Shown here: piece by piece, positions 48,373 through 59,014 of the stretch
Layout: every line of letters begins with the position of its first letter
Numbering within the stretch: position 1 is the stretch's first letter
From: an uncultured Gemmatimonadota bacterium
GTDB taxonomy: Bacteria > Gemmatimonadota > Gemmatimonadetes > Palauibacterales > Palauibacteraceae
Direction of reading: 5' to 3'
NCBI GenBank assembly: GCA_964480515.1
Contig: CAYZOT010000010.1
Coordinates: 32,634-96,633, forward strand
DNA: 64,000 nt
Program-made: the position numbers and the translations under genes
The notes under the pieces: model-generated
Databases searched by the model: none
The model's input: the letters and a program-made list of their open reading frames with translations, nothing else
What the model was told of the DNA's origin: nothing

Positions 48373-49098
48373 TCATAGCCGGTTCTCACGTGCCAAAGTC
48401 CCAATGAACTCACTAGCGAACCCCTCCAACTCAGTCACAAAGAGACGCAGTTTAGACGCGTAGTGGTTGTAGGCGATGACTGCAGGGATCGCTACAGCTA
48501 GCCCTGCTACCGTCGTGGTAAGGGCCTCAGCTATGCCGGGAGCCACTACCGCAATGTTTGCTGACCCCTGGGAAGCGATTCCGATGAACGAGTTCATAAT
48601 TCCGACCACCGTCCCCATTAGCCCCATAAGAGGGCTCACAGAGCCAATGATCGCGAGCCACGTCATCCCATGGCTAAGTTCATCCCGTTCCTCCGACAAG
48701 TTTTTCTCGAGAACGAGCCACAAAGCATCTAGCTGAGTCGGAGTCAAACCCTCTTGCTGACGCGTTCCCTCCAAAGCTCCAGGTCTTAAGTCTGAGAAGA
48801 ACGTTACTCCTTCACGAAATACGCGTGCGAAGGGAGAGTCTTCGAGCCGCCTGAGAGCATCATGTAAATCCAGCAACCCCCTAGCACCCTCGACAGCATC
48901 GACGAAACGATCTGCTTGTTCGTTAACCGCTCGCAGTTCGCGCCATTTCCAGATGATCAGGACCCAGGAGACTAACGAGAAGACTAGTAGTATAAGTAAA
49001 ATCAACCTCGTTGGGGTCGTCCCTCCCCACAACACATCAAGTGGAGAATCGATCACACGTCCCTGGGCTTCAAGAGCGGCTCCTGCAAGCGCCATCAT
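48373..49098 (-). CDS. tolQ: TolQ/ExbB (MotA/TolQ/ExbB proton channel).
   Basis: Three-TM topology with a conserved C-terminal region (GLMGTVVGIMNSF). Confidence 0.75.
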   Translation of the reverse strand: MMALAGAALEAQGRVIDSPLDVLWGGTTPTRLILLILLVFSLVSWVLIIWKWRELRAVNEQADRFVDAVEGARGLLDLHDALRRLEDSPFARVFREGVTFFSDLRPGALEGTRQQEGLTPTQLDALWLVLEKNLSEERDELSHGMTWLAIIGSVSPLMGLMGTVVGIMNSFIGIASQGSANIAVVAPGIAEALTTTVAGLAVAIPAVIAYNHYASKLRLFVTELEGFASEFIGTLARENRL

Positions 49099-50045
49099 GA
49101 CGTCTTCCCTGCGATAAACTCGTAGGTCTCAGTCAAGCCCGATTCCATAGTGTGGGTTGGCACCCAGCCGAGGGCATGCGTTTCCTTACAGTCGAGTGCA
49201 TTACGCAACAGTTCGCCGGGCCTTGCTTTCTCACGCTTCACTAAAACTTCCTGGCCCGAAATCTCAATCAGCGTGCTGGCGAGCACATTGACGCTCGACT
49301 CAACACCCGTCCCTACATTAAAAGCCACATCATCGATCCCGGTCGGCTCTGGCAAGTCGACGTGTGTCGCGAGAACATTTGCTAATGCCACGTCCCGCAC
49401 AAATACGTAGTCTCGGGTTTGTTCACCGTCGCCAAACACAATCAACTCTTCCCCATCGCGGATTCGTTGTGAGAAGATCGCAACCACACCTGCTTCTCCA
49501 CTTGGGTCCTGTCGAGGCCCATACACGTTGGCATAGCGAAGCGCCGCATATTCCAAACCTTTCAGCTTTCTAAATGCATGCAGATAGTACTCCGAAGTCA
49601 GTTTACTTATACCGTACGGAGATAGGGGCTGTTTCTTAGCGCTTCGCGGAATGGGCAAGTCCATTGTTTCTCCGTAGACAACACCACCGGAAGAGATGAG
49701 AACAAAACGTCGCACTTCGAACGCCAACGAACATTCCACGAGATTGAGCAAACCATCAATGTTTATTGAAGCATCATAACGCGGCTGCTCGACCGATTTG
49801 CACACATCGATCTGAGCTGCATGGTGATTGACAACGTCGAATCCTCCGTCGCAAAACACATCGTGCAACTCGGGAGCTCGAACATCCATTTCGATGAGCG
49901 TAACACCAGAAGGCACATTGGTGGCACGGCCCGTACTGAGGTTGTCTAACGCGGTGACATCCCAACCGTCAGACAAGTATGCTTCGCAGACATGTGAACC
50001 TATGAAGCCGGCACCACCTGTTACCAGCACCTTACCAGGGCTCAT
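49095..50045 (-). CDS. NAD-dependent epimerase/dehydratase (UDP-sugar 4-epimerase-like).
   Basis: N-terminal Rossmann motif VLVTGGAGFIGSH and a YxxxK catalytic motif (YGISK). Confidence 0.75.
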   Translation of the reverse strand: MSPGKVLVTGGAGFIGSHVCEAYLSDGWDVTALDNLSTGRATNVPSGVTLIEMDVRAPELHDVFCDGGFDVVNHHAAQIDVCKSVEQPRYDASINIDGLLNLVECSLAFEVRRFVLISSGGVVYGETMDLPIPRSAKKQPLSPYGISKLTSEYYLHAFRKLKGLEYAALRYANVYGPRQDPSGEAGVVAIFSQRIRDGEELIVFGDGEQTRDYVFVRDVALANVLATHVDLPEPTGIDDVAFNVGTGVESSVNVLASTLIEISGQEVLVKREKARPGELLRNALDCKETHALGWVPTHTMESGLTETYEFIAGKTS

Positions 50046-50117
50046 TCGCTCCCTCCTCGCTCCACTTCCCCGCCCTAGACATCCCGTCTAAAACGAGATG
50101 ATATTGAATAGTGTCTC

Positions 50118-51464
50118 TTACCCTAGACGACTGTCTACGATCCCGCGAGCTGTCACTTTGCTTGACACGGAAGAGGTTGAAAGCAGCGGCTCCAAACTGT
50201 TCAAACATGCTTGACCGTCAGGTTGTTCCGCTAACCAACGCGTAGCTTGTGTTAGGCCATGCAGAATCTTGTTGAGCGATGCTCTACTCGCCAAGCGCAC
50301 TTCCTCTTCAACATCCACATCTCGCGGTCCAGGCGGACGTGATTCAGAAAATGATCGTTCAACGAGAGAAAAGGCAACATCTCTCATCTGGCGGATAGTT
50401 GGTCCTGCTTCGCGACTCCGATACCAATTCCAATACCGCTCCACATGCCTTCCAATGATCGCTTCCGCTCTCTCTCGTTCTACCGTACGTGCCACTTGTG
50501 TTTGATCGACTACACGCTGTAGGTCATCCACGTTGTACAAGAAAAGATCAGGCGCTTTGGTGACTGCAGGATCCACATTACGTGGAAGGGCAATATCGAG
50601 AATCACCAGGGGAGAGCCTTCTAAGGCCCTACCGTGAGCATGATATGGATGGACAAACGCCGCATCAGAATCGGTACACGTCACCACAAGGTCCATATCA
50701 ACTAGACGCCCCAACGCTTCAGTGCGGCCCAGAGGGATCCCGTTCACCGAGCTACCTACTCGCTCAGCTCGAGCGGGGTTTCTGCTCGACACATAGATCC
50801 GGCGGACCCCTTCAGAACGCAGACACTTCATTGTCAGTCGGCCCATTTCTCCAGTTCCCAACACAAGTACCGTTCGACTCTCGAGTGCTCCGAACACCTT
50901 GCGTGCCAAGGCAATAGCTGCCGACGGTATGGACGCGGCACCTTGGGAAACCGCTGTCGTTGAACGTACTCTTCCACCAGCTGCGAGCGCTGATTGAAAG
51001 AGACGGTGCAGCACTGGACCAAGCGATCGGGCATCACCAGCATGATACGCCGAACTAACCTGTCCTTGAATCTGCGGTTCACCAATGATGAGGGAATCAA
51101 GACCGCTGACAACACGGAATAAGTGGCGCGCCGCTTCAAGTCCCGGGGAAACTTGAAGATACTGATTAGCCTCTTCACCGATCTGCGTCGCCGCACACAG
51201 TCTCTCCCGAACGACGTGTTCAAGTAAAATGGAATCGGTCCCTGTCACATAGCACTCAGTGCGGTGACACGTGGAAAGAACAACACACTCTGATACGCCC
51301 GACTGTTCAACCAGTCGATCGACCCATGCAGACAATCGTTTGCCGCTCAGGGCAAACTGCTCGCGCACCTCGATAGGTGCAGCCCGGTGGTTCGTTCCCA
51401 CCATGAGTAACGAAGCTTGCACTGGCCCACTAGCTAAAACTGTACCCGGCACTTCGGGGCTCAC
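50118..51464 (-). CDS. hemA: Glutamyl-tRNA reductase.
   Basis: The catalytic Cys motif appears as STCHRTE (a CNRxE variant), with a Rossmann NADPH domain (LVLGTGEMG). Confidence 0.85.
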   Translation of the reverse strand: MSPEVPGTVLASGPVQASLLMVGTNHRAAPIEVREQFALSGKRLSAWVDRLVEQSGVSECVVLSTCHRTECYVTGTDSILLEHVVRERLCAATQIGEEANQYLQVSPGLEAARHLFRVVSGLDSLIIGEPQIQGQVSSAYHAGDARSLGPVLHRLFQSALAAGGRVRSTTAVSQGAASIPSAAIALARKVFGALESRTVLVLGTGEMGRLTMKCLRSEGVRRIYVSSRNPARAERVGSSVNGIPLGRTEALGRLVDMDLVVTCTDSDAAFVHPYHAHGRALEGSPLVILDIALPRNVDPAVTKAPDLFLYNVDDLQRVVDQTQVARTVERERAEAIIGRHVERYWNWYRSREAGPTIRQMRDVAFSLVERSFSESRPPGPRDVDVEEEVRLASRASLNKILHGLTQATRWLAEQPDGQACLNSLEPLLSTSSVSSKVTARGIVDSRLG

Positions 51465-52324
51465 AAAAAAAACTCTGTGGTCGGCCCCATGCTACGGAGT
51501 GCGAGAAAACCAGTGGCGCTCGCAAGAAAAGCCACCATCGAAACGCGAGCGGCGCGAGGGCCGAACCCGCCAGAATACCAGCGGACCCCAAGCGCTGCCG
51601 CGTAGGCTGTCCATGTTAGAAGACCAAACCCTACATCTGGATCCCCAAACGCCAATCCTCTCCCATACGTCAGTGTCAAGCTCCAACCCGCCAAAAGCCC
51701 GATCGCGAGAACGGAGAGCCCAACTCCCAACCCAATCCGATTCATCCGATCAAGACTCTCAAGCGAAGGAAAGTATCGAAACACGTTGCCAAACTCCTTT
51801 TGTTTCAACGCGCGAAACTGGAGCCAATACATCGCCGCAGCAACGGATCCTAATAAGAGACTAGCATAGCCCGTGAGAACAGAGACAACGTGGGCGACTA
51901 ACCATGAGCCACGAAGTTCACTTGTGGGTTGAGCCGGCACGGGACCAACCCATGCGCTCGCAGCCAGAAAAACGAGGACAAGAGGCAGAACCAACAAGCC
52001 CGCTGACGATCGATCGGCTGTCCGGGCTACTAAGAAAAGACCAACCACCAACGCCATCGCCAAAGTCGCGGCCGCCGGCCCAAAACCAACTAGAGGTGGT
52101 GTCTGGAACGTGACCCAGAAGACCGCCAACGCTGTCGCATGCAACACCGCTGCGCCAATTCCCCAGAAAAGCGAGCGAGATCGATGCAAGTCGCCTCTTC
52201 CTCGAAAACCCAAGAGCTGATGGATCCACGAGATTAGATATCCGACGACTGCAGCCGTAATGAAGAGTCGGATCACCATTACTTCAGGTTGTGCCTCCCC
52301 AACTATGGTCCCACAGCAGAACAA
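51461..52324 (-). CDS. Cytochrome c assembly family membrane protein (HemX/CcsA-like).
   Basis: Polytopic membrane protein immediately upstream of hemA, as in hemAX arrangements. It has a W-rich segment. Confidence 0.55.
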   Translation of the reverse strand: MFCCGTIVGEAQPEVMVIRLFITAAVVGYLISWIHQLLGFRGRGDLHRSRSLFWGIGAAVLHATALAVFWVTFQTPPLVGFGPAAATLAMALVVGLFLVARTADRSSAGLLVLPLVLVFLAASAWVGPVPAQPTSELRGSWLVAHVVSVLTGYASLLLGSVAAAMYWLQFRALKQKEFGNVFRYFPSLESLDRMNRIGLGVGLSVLAIGLLAGWSLTLTYGRGLAFGDPDVGFGLLTWTAYAAALGVRWYSGGFGPRAARVSMVAFLASATGFLALRSMGPTTEFFL

Positions 52325-52339
52325 CGGTCGCTTCGCAAA

Positions 52340-52807
52340 TCAGAATGGTAGATCGTCTTCCCCTGCCACAGCCTGATTCGAAAACTCTGAATCTTCTGGT
52401 CCCTCAGACATTGAAGGAGCATCGGTGTAGGTGTCGCGACCGCTGCCGCCTAGCATGATTAACTCCCGGGCACGAATCTCGGTCGACCACTTCGTTACAC
52501 CATCTCTATCCTCGTACTTCCGATATTCGATCTGTCCCTCGATATAAACCCGATCACCTTTTTTCACGTACCGCTCGATAATATCGGCCAGCTTGTCCCA
52601 GCATACGACCCTATGCCACTCCGTCTTCTCTTCTTGCTGACCAGAAGAACGATTGGTCCACTGGCGGCTCGTCGCAATCGATAAAGTTGCAACCCGTGTC
52701 CCAGAATTTGTAGATCGGATCTCAGGGTCCGCTCCGAGATTGCCAATGAGTATGGCCTTATTCAGACTACGTGACATTGCCTTCCTCGCCTTCGAATGGG
52801 GCTTCAC
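52340..52807 (-). CDS. ssb: Single-stranded DNA-binding protein.
   Basis: OB-fold N-terminus (LNKAILIGNLGADPEIR) and an acidic tail ending DDLPF. Confidence 0.9.
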   Translation of the reverse strand: MKPHSKARKAMSRSLNKAILIGNLGADPEIRSTNSGTRVATLSIATSRQWTNRSSGQQEEKTEWHRVVCWDKLADIIERYVKKGDRVYIEGQIEYRKYEDRDGVTKWSTEIRARELIMLGGSGRDTYTDAPSMSEGPEDSEFSNQAVAGEDDLPF

Positions 52808-52846
52808 CGCATAGGATATCGAACATAGATAAGCTCCTAGGGAGGG

Positions 52847-53275
52847 TCAACGAATCAGCAAAAATTGCATCAGAACCGCATCTTCCACTGGGTTCGTATA
52901 GTAGTTTCGACGAGAGCCTACGATTTCAAAGCCGTGTCGACTATAGAGACTCTGTGCGCCATCATTGGATTCACGCACTTCTAGAAAGAACCGGCGGAGT
53001 GCACGCTTACGCCCTTCTTCGACCACAGCATGAAGAAGCAATGAACCCACACCGTTTCGACGGGCTCCTCTATCGACAGCCAGATCGCCAAGTTCACCTT
53101 CATCGCCAACGAACCAAACGGCAGCATACCCGATAATACACTCGTTACTATCAACAGCTGAAAACAAACATGCGGAGGGTTGTTTTAATAGGCTAAGGAA
53201 GGTGCCTCGGGTCCATGGAGTGGAGAAGGATTCTTCTTCAATCGCCGTCACAGCCGAAAGGTCTTCTTCGATCAT
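52847..53275 (-). CDS. rimI: GNAT N-acetyltransferase, RimI-like (ribosomal-protein-alanine acetyltransferase).
   Basis: GNAT motifs (QSLYSRHGFEIVG). It lies downstream of tsaB, which is the conserved tsaE-tsaB-rimI synteny. The start was trimmed from the ORF start at 53410 to the ATG at 53275. Confidence 0.6.
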   Translation of the reverse strand: MIEEDLSAVTAIEEESFSTPWTRGTFLSLLKQPSACLFSAVDSNECIIGYAAVWFVGDEGELGDLAVDRGARRNGVGSLLLHAVVEEGRKRALRRFFLEVRESNDGAQSLYSRHGFEIVGSRRNYYTNPVEDAVLMQFLLIR

Positions 53276-53345
53276 GCATCGAATTCGGACCCCGTCACGC
53301 TGTCTATGAAACGCCACTTCTGTTCGGTCGGTGTCGAGCTTCCGT

Positions 53346-54020
53346 TTACACATTCCGGTCACGCTCGCGTTCAGCACCCGAAGCGCGCAGATAACTCGGC
53401 TCCCATGCATCGAGATCGTCCAGGCATCCTTCGGGGAGCCGTTCTGCGAGCCACAACAGGGCTGCTGCGGGGGGCACCTTTAAATCACCCGACAGAACTT
53501 TAGCTCCGCTAGCTTCGATCAGATCCCGATGCTTTAATGATCCTTCGCCGGCAAACACCCAGACCATGGTCGGGTCGAGTTGTGACAAGACAAGTTCGAC
53601 AGGACAGACTAGCGGACCTAAGACTGGCTCCGAAAACGGACCATCATCGTAGGCCTCTGCGTACACTTCACCGCGGCGCGCATCGAACAGAACGCATACG
53701 TATGGATGCTCTACCGTTGCTGCCACGGCACGCAGACTGGAGTAAGCGTAGAGGGGCACGTCACGCCTGTGACACCAACCCTTCGCAAGTGAAGCGGCAA
53801 TTCGGACTCCAGTGAAAGAGCCTGGACCCGAACCAACAACCAGCCGGTCGATATCGCCAGGTTGGAGGCTTTCCCCGGAAAGCAGTCTTGACACTTCCTT
53901 AAGAATTGTTTCGGAATACCCTACCCCGAGAGGGAGGGTTGATGCACCAAGAATCTCATCGCCTCGCCCCAGTGCGACACTTCCAATCGTGGTGCTTGTA
54001 TCAAAAGCCAGTGTCAGCAT
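53346..54020 (-). CDS. tsaB: tRNA t6A biosynthesis protein TsaB (YeaZ).
   Basis: [18 protein letters not shown]-terminus of the inactive Kae1/YeaZ fold. Confidence 0.8.
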   Translation of the reverse strand: MLTLAFDTSTTIGSVALGRGDEILGASTLPLGVGYSETILKEVSRLLSGESLQPGDIDRLVVGSGPGSFTGVRIAASLAKGWCHRRDVPLYAYSSLRAVAATVEHPYVCVLFDARRGEVYAEAYDDGPFSEPVLGPLVCPVELVLSQLDPTMVWVFAGEGSLKHRDLIEASGAKVLSGDLKVPPAAALLWLAERLPEGCLDDLDAWEPSYLRASGAERERDRNV

Positions 54021-54499
54021 CAGGACGACCTTCTCGCTCGCGCATACACCCCGGGGTCTGGAATCGGCGGAGCAGCCCCAAGTGATTTGGCTTCAATCAC
54101 TCGAGCCCTACCTCCTAAAACCACCTCGAACCACAGCTCCCAACGATCTGGCGGAAGTTCATCGGCGGCTCTATCCGCCCACTCCACAAACACCGTTGCT
54201 CTCCCCGACTCAAGCTCGTCCCACCCTAGCAGCAACAATTCTGCGGTACTCTTGATCCGATATAAGTCTGCGTGAGCGATCGGGCCGTGCTTGCCGTAAT
54301 ACCAGTGAACCAAGGTGTATGTTGGGCTCGTGACACCCAGAGACACTCCAGCACCCTCGCAGGCTGCCTGCACAAGGGTTGTCTTTCCTGATCCTAAAGC
54401 ACCAAAGAGTGCCACGAAAACCGAATCGCGCGCGGCAGCAGCGCCAAGCACTTGACCCCATTGCCGAAGCGCACCTTCGTCGAGCTGAATTCGTGTCAT
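54020..54499 (-). CDS. tsaE: tRNA t6A biosynthesis ATPase TsaE (YjeE).
   Basis: Walker [11 protein letters not shown], ~159 aa. Confidence 0.8.
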   Translation of the reverse strand: MTRIQLDEGALRQWGQVLGAAAARDSVFVALFGALGSGKTTLVQAACEGAGVSLGVTSPTYTLVHWYYGKHGPIAHADLYRIKSTAELLLLGWDELESGRATVFVEWADRAADELPPDRWELWFEVVLGGRARVIEAKSLGAAPPIPDPGVYARARRSS

Positions 54500-56538
54500 T
54501 CGGACGTAGGCCCAGTCGGATTATGTTTTGAGCGAGAAGATTGCCGTGGCCAAACCCTTCCACCCTTAGCCTTAATCTCGAGTAATTCGTCCCTGAGTCG
54601 AGCCGCAACCTCAAAGTTTAGGGCAGCAGCAGCTTCCCGCATATCTCGTTCGAGCACCTCAATCATCTCCTCGGCAGAAAGCTCTTGGTACGATTCTCGT
54701 TTTTCACGGCCGGCCGGTTGGGGTTCACGCGCATCCGCTACCGTAGTCGTGAAGCGAATCTCCGACACTGACTTCACAATAGATCGTGGCTCAATGTCGT
54801 GTTCTCGATTGTAATCAGCCTGCACTTCTCGTCGACGTTCCGTTTCAGTAATGGCACGCCGCATGGAGTCCGTCATCCGATCAGCGTATAGCACGGCAGT
54901 ACCATTAAGATTCCGTGCGGCACGTCCAATCGTCTGGACTAGTGACCGATCTGAACGAAGAAATCCCTCTTTGTCCGCATCGAGAATTGCCACTAATGAG
55001 ACCTCCGGAAGGTCAAGCCCTTCTCGCAGCAGGTTGATGCCAACCAAAACGTCAAACGTTCCGAGTCTAAGGTCACGCAAAATTTTCACACGGTCGATAA
55101 CTGCAATATCTGAGTGCATATAACGGACTCGGACACCTCGTGCCGCGAGAAACTCAGATAAGTCTTCGGCCATTCGCTTTGTGAGGGTCGTCACCAAAAC
55201 ACGCTCATTTCGCTTCGCTCGCCCATGAATCTCGCCAAGCAAATCGTCCACTTGTCCTTTAACGGGGCGGACTTCGACCTTCGGATCCAAAAGGCCAGTG
55301 GGTCGGATCAGCTGCTCGACAACTACTCCTCCGCTTTTGCGAAGCTCGTAATCACCAGGAGTCGCACTCACAAAAATGGCGTTGGGCACCAACCCTTCCC
55401 ACTCTTCAAAGGACAACGGCCTATTGTCGAGTGCCGAAGGCAGCCGAAAACCGAAGTCGACAAGTGTCCGTTTACGACTCTGGTCTCCCTCGTACATTCC
55501 GCCGATCTGGGGTATCGACGCATGTGACTCATCAACAACTACCAAAAAATCTTCTGGAAAATAGTCGAGTAAACAGTAAGATCGCTCCCCAGGCTCCCGG
55601 CCATCCAAATGGCGACTGTAGTTTTCAATCCCAGGACAAAACCCAACCTCCGCTAATATCTCAAGATCAAACCGAGTCCTTTGCTCAAGCCGCTGAGCCT
55701 CTAATAATTTTTCTGCCTGCCTGAGTTCTAACAGCCGTTCCTCTAGTTCTATATATATGGTCTCACGAGCAGTCTCGAGCCGAGACCCCAGTGTTGCATA
55801 GTGAGTGGCTGGGAAGATGGCCGTTTCAGAAAGACGAGTGATCGTTGCTCCAGTTATAGGATCGATCTTAGAGATTCGCTCGATCGTATCGCCGAACAAT
55901 TCAATTCGAACACCTTGTTCTTCATAGGCAGGCAGAACTTCTATAACGTCGCCACGGACCCGGAAGGTTGATCGCACCAAGTCCAGATCATTCCGCGAAT
56001 ACTGTATAGCGACGAGCGAGGCCAAGATTTCCCGACGGGAGATCTCATGACCTTCGTGCAAGGTCAACATGAGTTCCTTGTAGCCTCGCGGATCACCGAG
56101 ACCATAAATCGCTGATACTGAAGCGACAACTATGACGTCGCGTCGCTCCATCAGAGCCGAAGTCGCTCGCAGTCTCAAGCGGTCAATATCTTCGTTTATC
56201 GAAGCGTCTTTCTCGATGAATGTGTCCGTCGCGGGAACGTACGCCTCTGGCTGGTAGTAGTCGTAGTACGAGATGAAATACTCAACAGCGTTTCGCGGAA
56301 AGAACTGGCGAAGCTCTCCGTAGAGCTGGGCTGCCAACGTCTTATTGTGGCTCATGACAAGTGCAGGGCGACCCGCTTCCGCAATCATCGCCGCCAAGGT
56401 TACCGTCTTCCCACTTCCAGTAACCCCCAATAACGTCTGCCACTTATCACCCCGAGAAAGACCCTCAACGAGTTCGCGGATGGCGTTCGGTTGGTCACCG
56501 GTAGGTTCAAACGGGAGTTGTAGATCGAAGCTCGGCAT
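54496..56538 (-). CDS. uvrB: Excinuclease ABC subunit B.
   Basis: GVTGSGKT Walker A, helicase motifs, a beta-hairpin region and a C-terminal UVR domain ([13 protein letters not shown]). Confidence 0.9.
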   Translation of the reverse strand: MPSFDLQLPFEPTGDQPNAIRELVEGLSRGDKWQTLLGVTGSGKTVTLAAMIAEAGRPALVMSHNKTLAAQLYGELRQFFPRNAVEYFISYYDYYQPEAYVPATDTFIEKDASINEDIDRLRLRATSALMERRDVIVVASVSAIYGLGDPRGYKELMLTLHEGHEISRREILASLVAIQYSRNDLDLVRSTFRVRGDVIEVLPAYEEQGVRIELFGDTIERISKIDPITGATITRLSETAIFPATHYATLGSRLETARETIYIELEERLLELRQAEKLLEAQRLEQRTRFDLEILAEVGFCPGIENYSRHLDGREPGERSYCLLDYFPEDFLVVVDESHASIPQIGGMYEGDQSRKRTLVDFGFRLPSALDNRPLSFEEWEGLVPNAIFVSATPGDYELRKSGGVVVEQLIRPTGLLDPKVEVRPVKGQVDDLLGEIHGRAKRNERVLVTTLTKRMAEDLSEFLAARGVRVRYMHSDIAVIDRVKILRDLRLGTFDVLVGINLLREGLDLPEVSLVAILDADKEGFLRSDRSLVQTIGRAARNLNGTAVLYADRMTDSMRRAITETERRREVQADYNREHDIEPRSIVKSVSEIRFTTTVADAREPQPAGREKRESYQELSAEEMIEVLERDMREAAAALNFEVAARLRDELLEIKAKGGRVWPRQSSRSKHNPTGPTSE

Positions 56539-56642
56539 CTATCGTCACGTAGTCGGAAACGGACCGCCGGGCGTACGGCTGGCCGACAGGACAGTATGGC
56601 GATTCATCACTTGCTCTGGAAGGCTATTTCTGAGCTGTATGA

Positions 56643-58973
56643 TCATTCCAGCGTGAGGGTGCTTTCCCCAAAGGACTCTTTACGCTGAACCGATATAACG
56701 CCTTTTACGCGCTGGACTTTCCGCGTGACCTTTTGAAGATGCTTAAGGTGTTCTACTTCGATAACGAAGAGACCTCGCATGCCACCCTCAACTGCCTTGA
56801 TATCGGCTGATTGGATGTTCGTACCCGTTTCGGTAACAGCTTTTGCGATGTCAGCGAACAATCCATGACGATCCGTACCTTCCATAAAAATCCGTACGAG
56901 AAATCGGCGATCGCCATCCGAACCCCAGTCGATTTCGACCCTCCGCTCCGGGTCATCGGACAGGTGGAGCACATTTGGGCAATCAGTGCGATGAACAGAA
57001 ATCCCTCGCCCCCGGGTTATGTACCCCATCACATCATCACCGGGTACAGGTTGACAGCACTGTGAATAGCGGATCATCAGGTCATCGAGACCTTGAATCT
57101 GAATGCCTTTGTTCCCACCAGACCAAACCTTGTCCACGAGCTTGTTCAACGGGCCCGGCAATTTCTCAGACTTATCTGGCGCAGAATCCAGCGACATTGC
57201 ACGAGCCACACGCGTGAGGCTGATATCGCCATGAGCTACGGAAGCGTAGAGTGCATTAACGTTGTGGTGACCTAATGTTTGCGCCGCTTTCTCTACCACG
57301 GCCTCGTTAAGCTTGCCACGCCGGTAACGTTTCCACTCTCGCTTGATGATATCCCGGCCCAGACGAGTAGCAGACCCATACTCTTCTTGGCGAATCCACT
57401 GTCGAACGGTATGCCGCGCCTTGCTCGTCCGGATGAATCCCAACCAATCTCGACTCGGAGTCTGCGCTTCCGAAGTCAGCACCTCAACAGTCTCTCCATT
57501 CTGGAGAGCCCTGCTTAGAGGGATTATTCGTCCATTCGCCTTTGCACCTGAACAATGCAAACCAATCTCGGTGTGCACAGCAAATGCAAAGTCAATTGCT
57601 GTCGCACCTTTGGGTAACTGCTTTACATCGCCAGCAGGCGTGAATACAAAGATCTCATCCTGGAAGAGATCGATTCGGAGAAACTCCATGAACTCCTCCG
57701 GCTCACGCGTCTCGTGCTGCCATTCAAGCACCTGACGGAACCAAGAAAGCTTTTCGTCAACTTCATCACCGGGCCCTTGAATCCCCTCCTTATAACGCCA
57801 GTGAGCCGCGATCCCATACTCAGCCGTTCCGTGCATGTCACGGGTGCGAATCTGAATTTCATAGAGGGCACCCCCAGTTCCAAAAACTGTCGTGTGGAGA
57901 CTTTGGTACATATTTGACTTCGGTGTGGCTATGAAATCGTGCAATCGTTCCGTAAGTGGAGTCCATTTGTTATGCACCACACCAAGTGCGTGATAGCAAT
58001 CACGTACCGTTTCAACGATGACGCGCATGGCAAGGGTATCGTATACCTCTTCGAGGGGCTTATCCCGTTCGATCATCTTTCCATAGATAGACCAAAGGTG
58101 CTTCGGTCTCCCGGTAACTTCGCATTGGATCTCTGCTACCTCCAGCTCCTTCTGAAGTGGTTCCACCATCCCGCGGATCATTTCTTCTCGATCTCGGCGT
58201 TTTGATTTGACCGTCCTCACCAGCTCCCGATAGGCCTCAGGCTCAATAAACTTGAAGGCAAGGTCCTCAAGCTCCCACTTCAGTCGGCCCACTCCCAAGC
58301 GGTGGGCCAACGGAGCATAGATTTCCCGGGTCTCACGTGCGATACGCAACCGTGACTCCTCAGGCATATGCTCAAGCGTGCGCATATTGTGGAGCCGATC
58401 AGCCAATTTGATCAGGATGACCCGTGCGTCGCGTGCCATCGATAAAAGTAGTTTTCGATACGTCGCTGCTTGACGCTCGGCAATAGACCCAAATTCAAAG
58501 CGTGCAAGCTTCGTGAGGCCATTGACGATCGTTGCCACCTCATCACCAAACTCACCCCGAATATCGTCTACGGTCGTATCGGTATCTTCGACCACATCGT
58601 GAAGAAGTGAGGCTACGATACTGACGCTATCGAGGTCGATCTCAGAGAGGATCTTCGCCACTTCAACACAGTGTGTTACGTAGTCCTCACCAGAGGCCCT
58701 CTTCTGCCCCTCATGTTTTTCCACACTATACTGGAACGCCAAGGCGATGAACTCTAGATCGAGTTCATGTTCGAAACCTTCAAGGACGGCTAAAAAGTCT
58801 TTAGGCAGGATCGAGCGTGGCCCCGAACTTCGCGTCGGTGATTTTCTTTTCTTTTCGGCGGTTTTCTTCACAGAGGACTCCGGACCCCAAACTGCGCAGA
58901 TCCTGCTCAGATCATCGATACTGTAATATACACAAAGTGCGATTTCGAGTATGGGTAGCGATAGAACCCACAC
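56643..58973 (-). CDS. Bifunctional (p)ppGpp synthetase/hydrolase RelA/SpoT family.
   Basis: HD hydrolase domain (HEGQKRASGEDYVTHCVEVA), a synthetase domain, and TGS and ACT C-terminal domains. The first ~50 codons are probably a 5' over-extension. Confidence 0.85.
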   Translation of the reverse strand: MWVLSLPILEIALCVYYSIDDLSRICAVWGPESSVKKTAEKKRKSPTRSSGPRSILPKDFLAVLEGFEHELDLEFIALAFQYSVEKHEGQKRASGEDYVTHCVEVAKILSEIDLDSVSIVASLLHDVVEDTDTTVDDIRGEFGDEVATIVNGLTKLARFEFGSIAERQAATYRKLLLSMARDARVILIKLADRLHNMRTLEHMPEESRLRIARETREIYAPLAHRLGVGRLKWELEDLAFKFIEPEAYRELVRTVKSKRRDREEMIRGMVEPLQKELEVAEIQCEVTGRPKHLWSIYGKMIERDKPLEEVYDTLAMRVIVETVRDCYHALGVVHNKWTPLTERLHDFIATPKSNMYQSLHTTVFGTGGALYEIQIRTRDMHGTAEYGIAAHWRYKEGIQGPGDEVDEKLSWFRQVLEWQHETREPEEFMEFLRIDLFQDEIFVFTPAGDVKQLPKGATAIDFAFAVHTEIGLHCSGAKANGRIIPLSRALQNGETVEVLTSEAQTPSRDWLGFIRTSKARHTVRQWIRQEEYGSATRLGRDIIKREWKRYRRGKLNEAVVEKAAQTLGHHNVNALYASVAHGDISLTRVARAMSLDSAPDKSEKLPGPLNKLVDKVWSGGNKGIQIQGLDDLMIRYSQCCQPVPGDDVMGYITRGRGISVHRTDCPNVLHLSDDPERRVEIDWGSDGDRRFLVRIFMEGTDRHGLFADIAKAVTETGTNIQSADIKAVEGGMRGLFVIEVEHLKHLQKVTRKVQRVKGVISVQRKESFGESTLTLE

Positions 58974-59014
58974 TCGTGGAAGTTTATGGAAGCATTGTCA
59001 GCTTAGGAGGGCTC

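Noticed and set aside
50046-50117. An apparent palindrome around atcccgtctaaaacgagat, and the duplicated octamer CCCTAGAC, in the epimerase-hemA spacer.
   Set aside because: On checking base by base, the arms do not pair (several mismatches). An 8-bp direct repeat alone is not significant.
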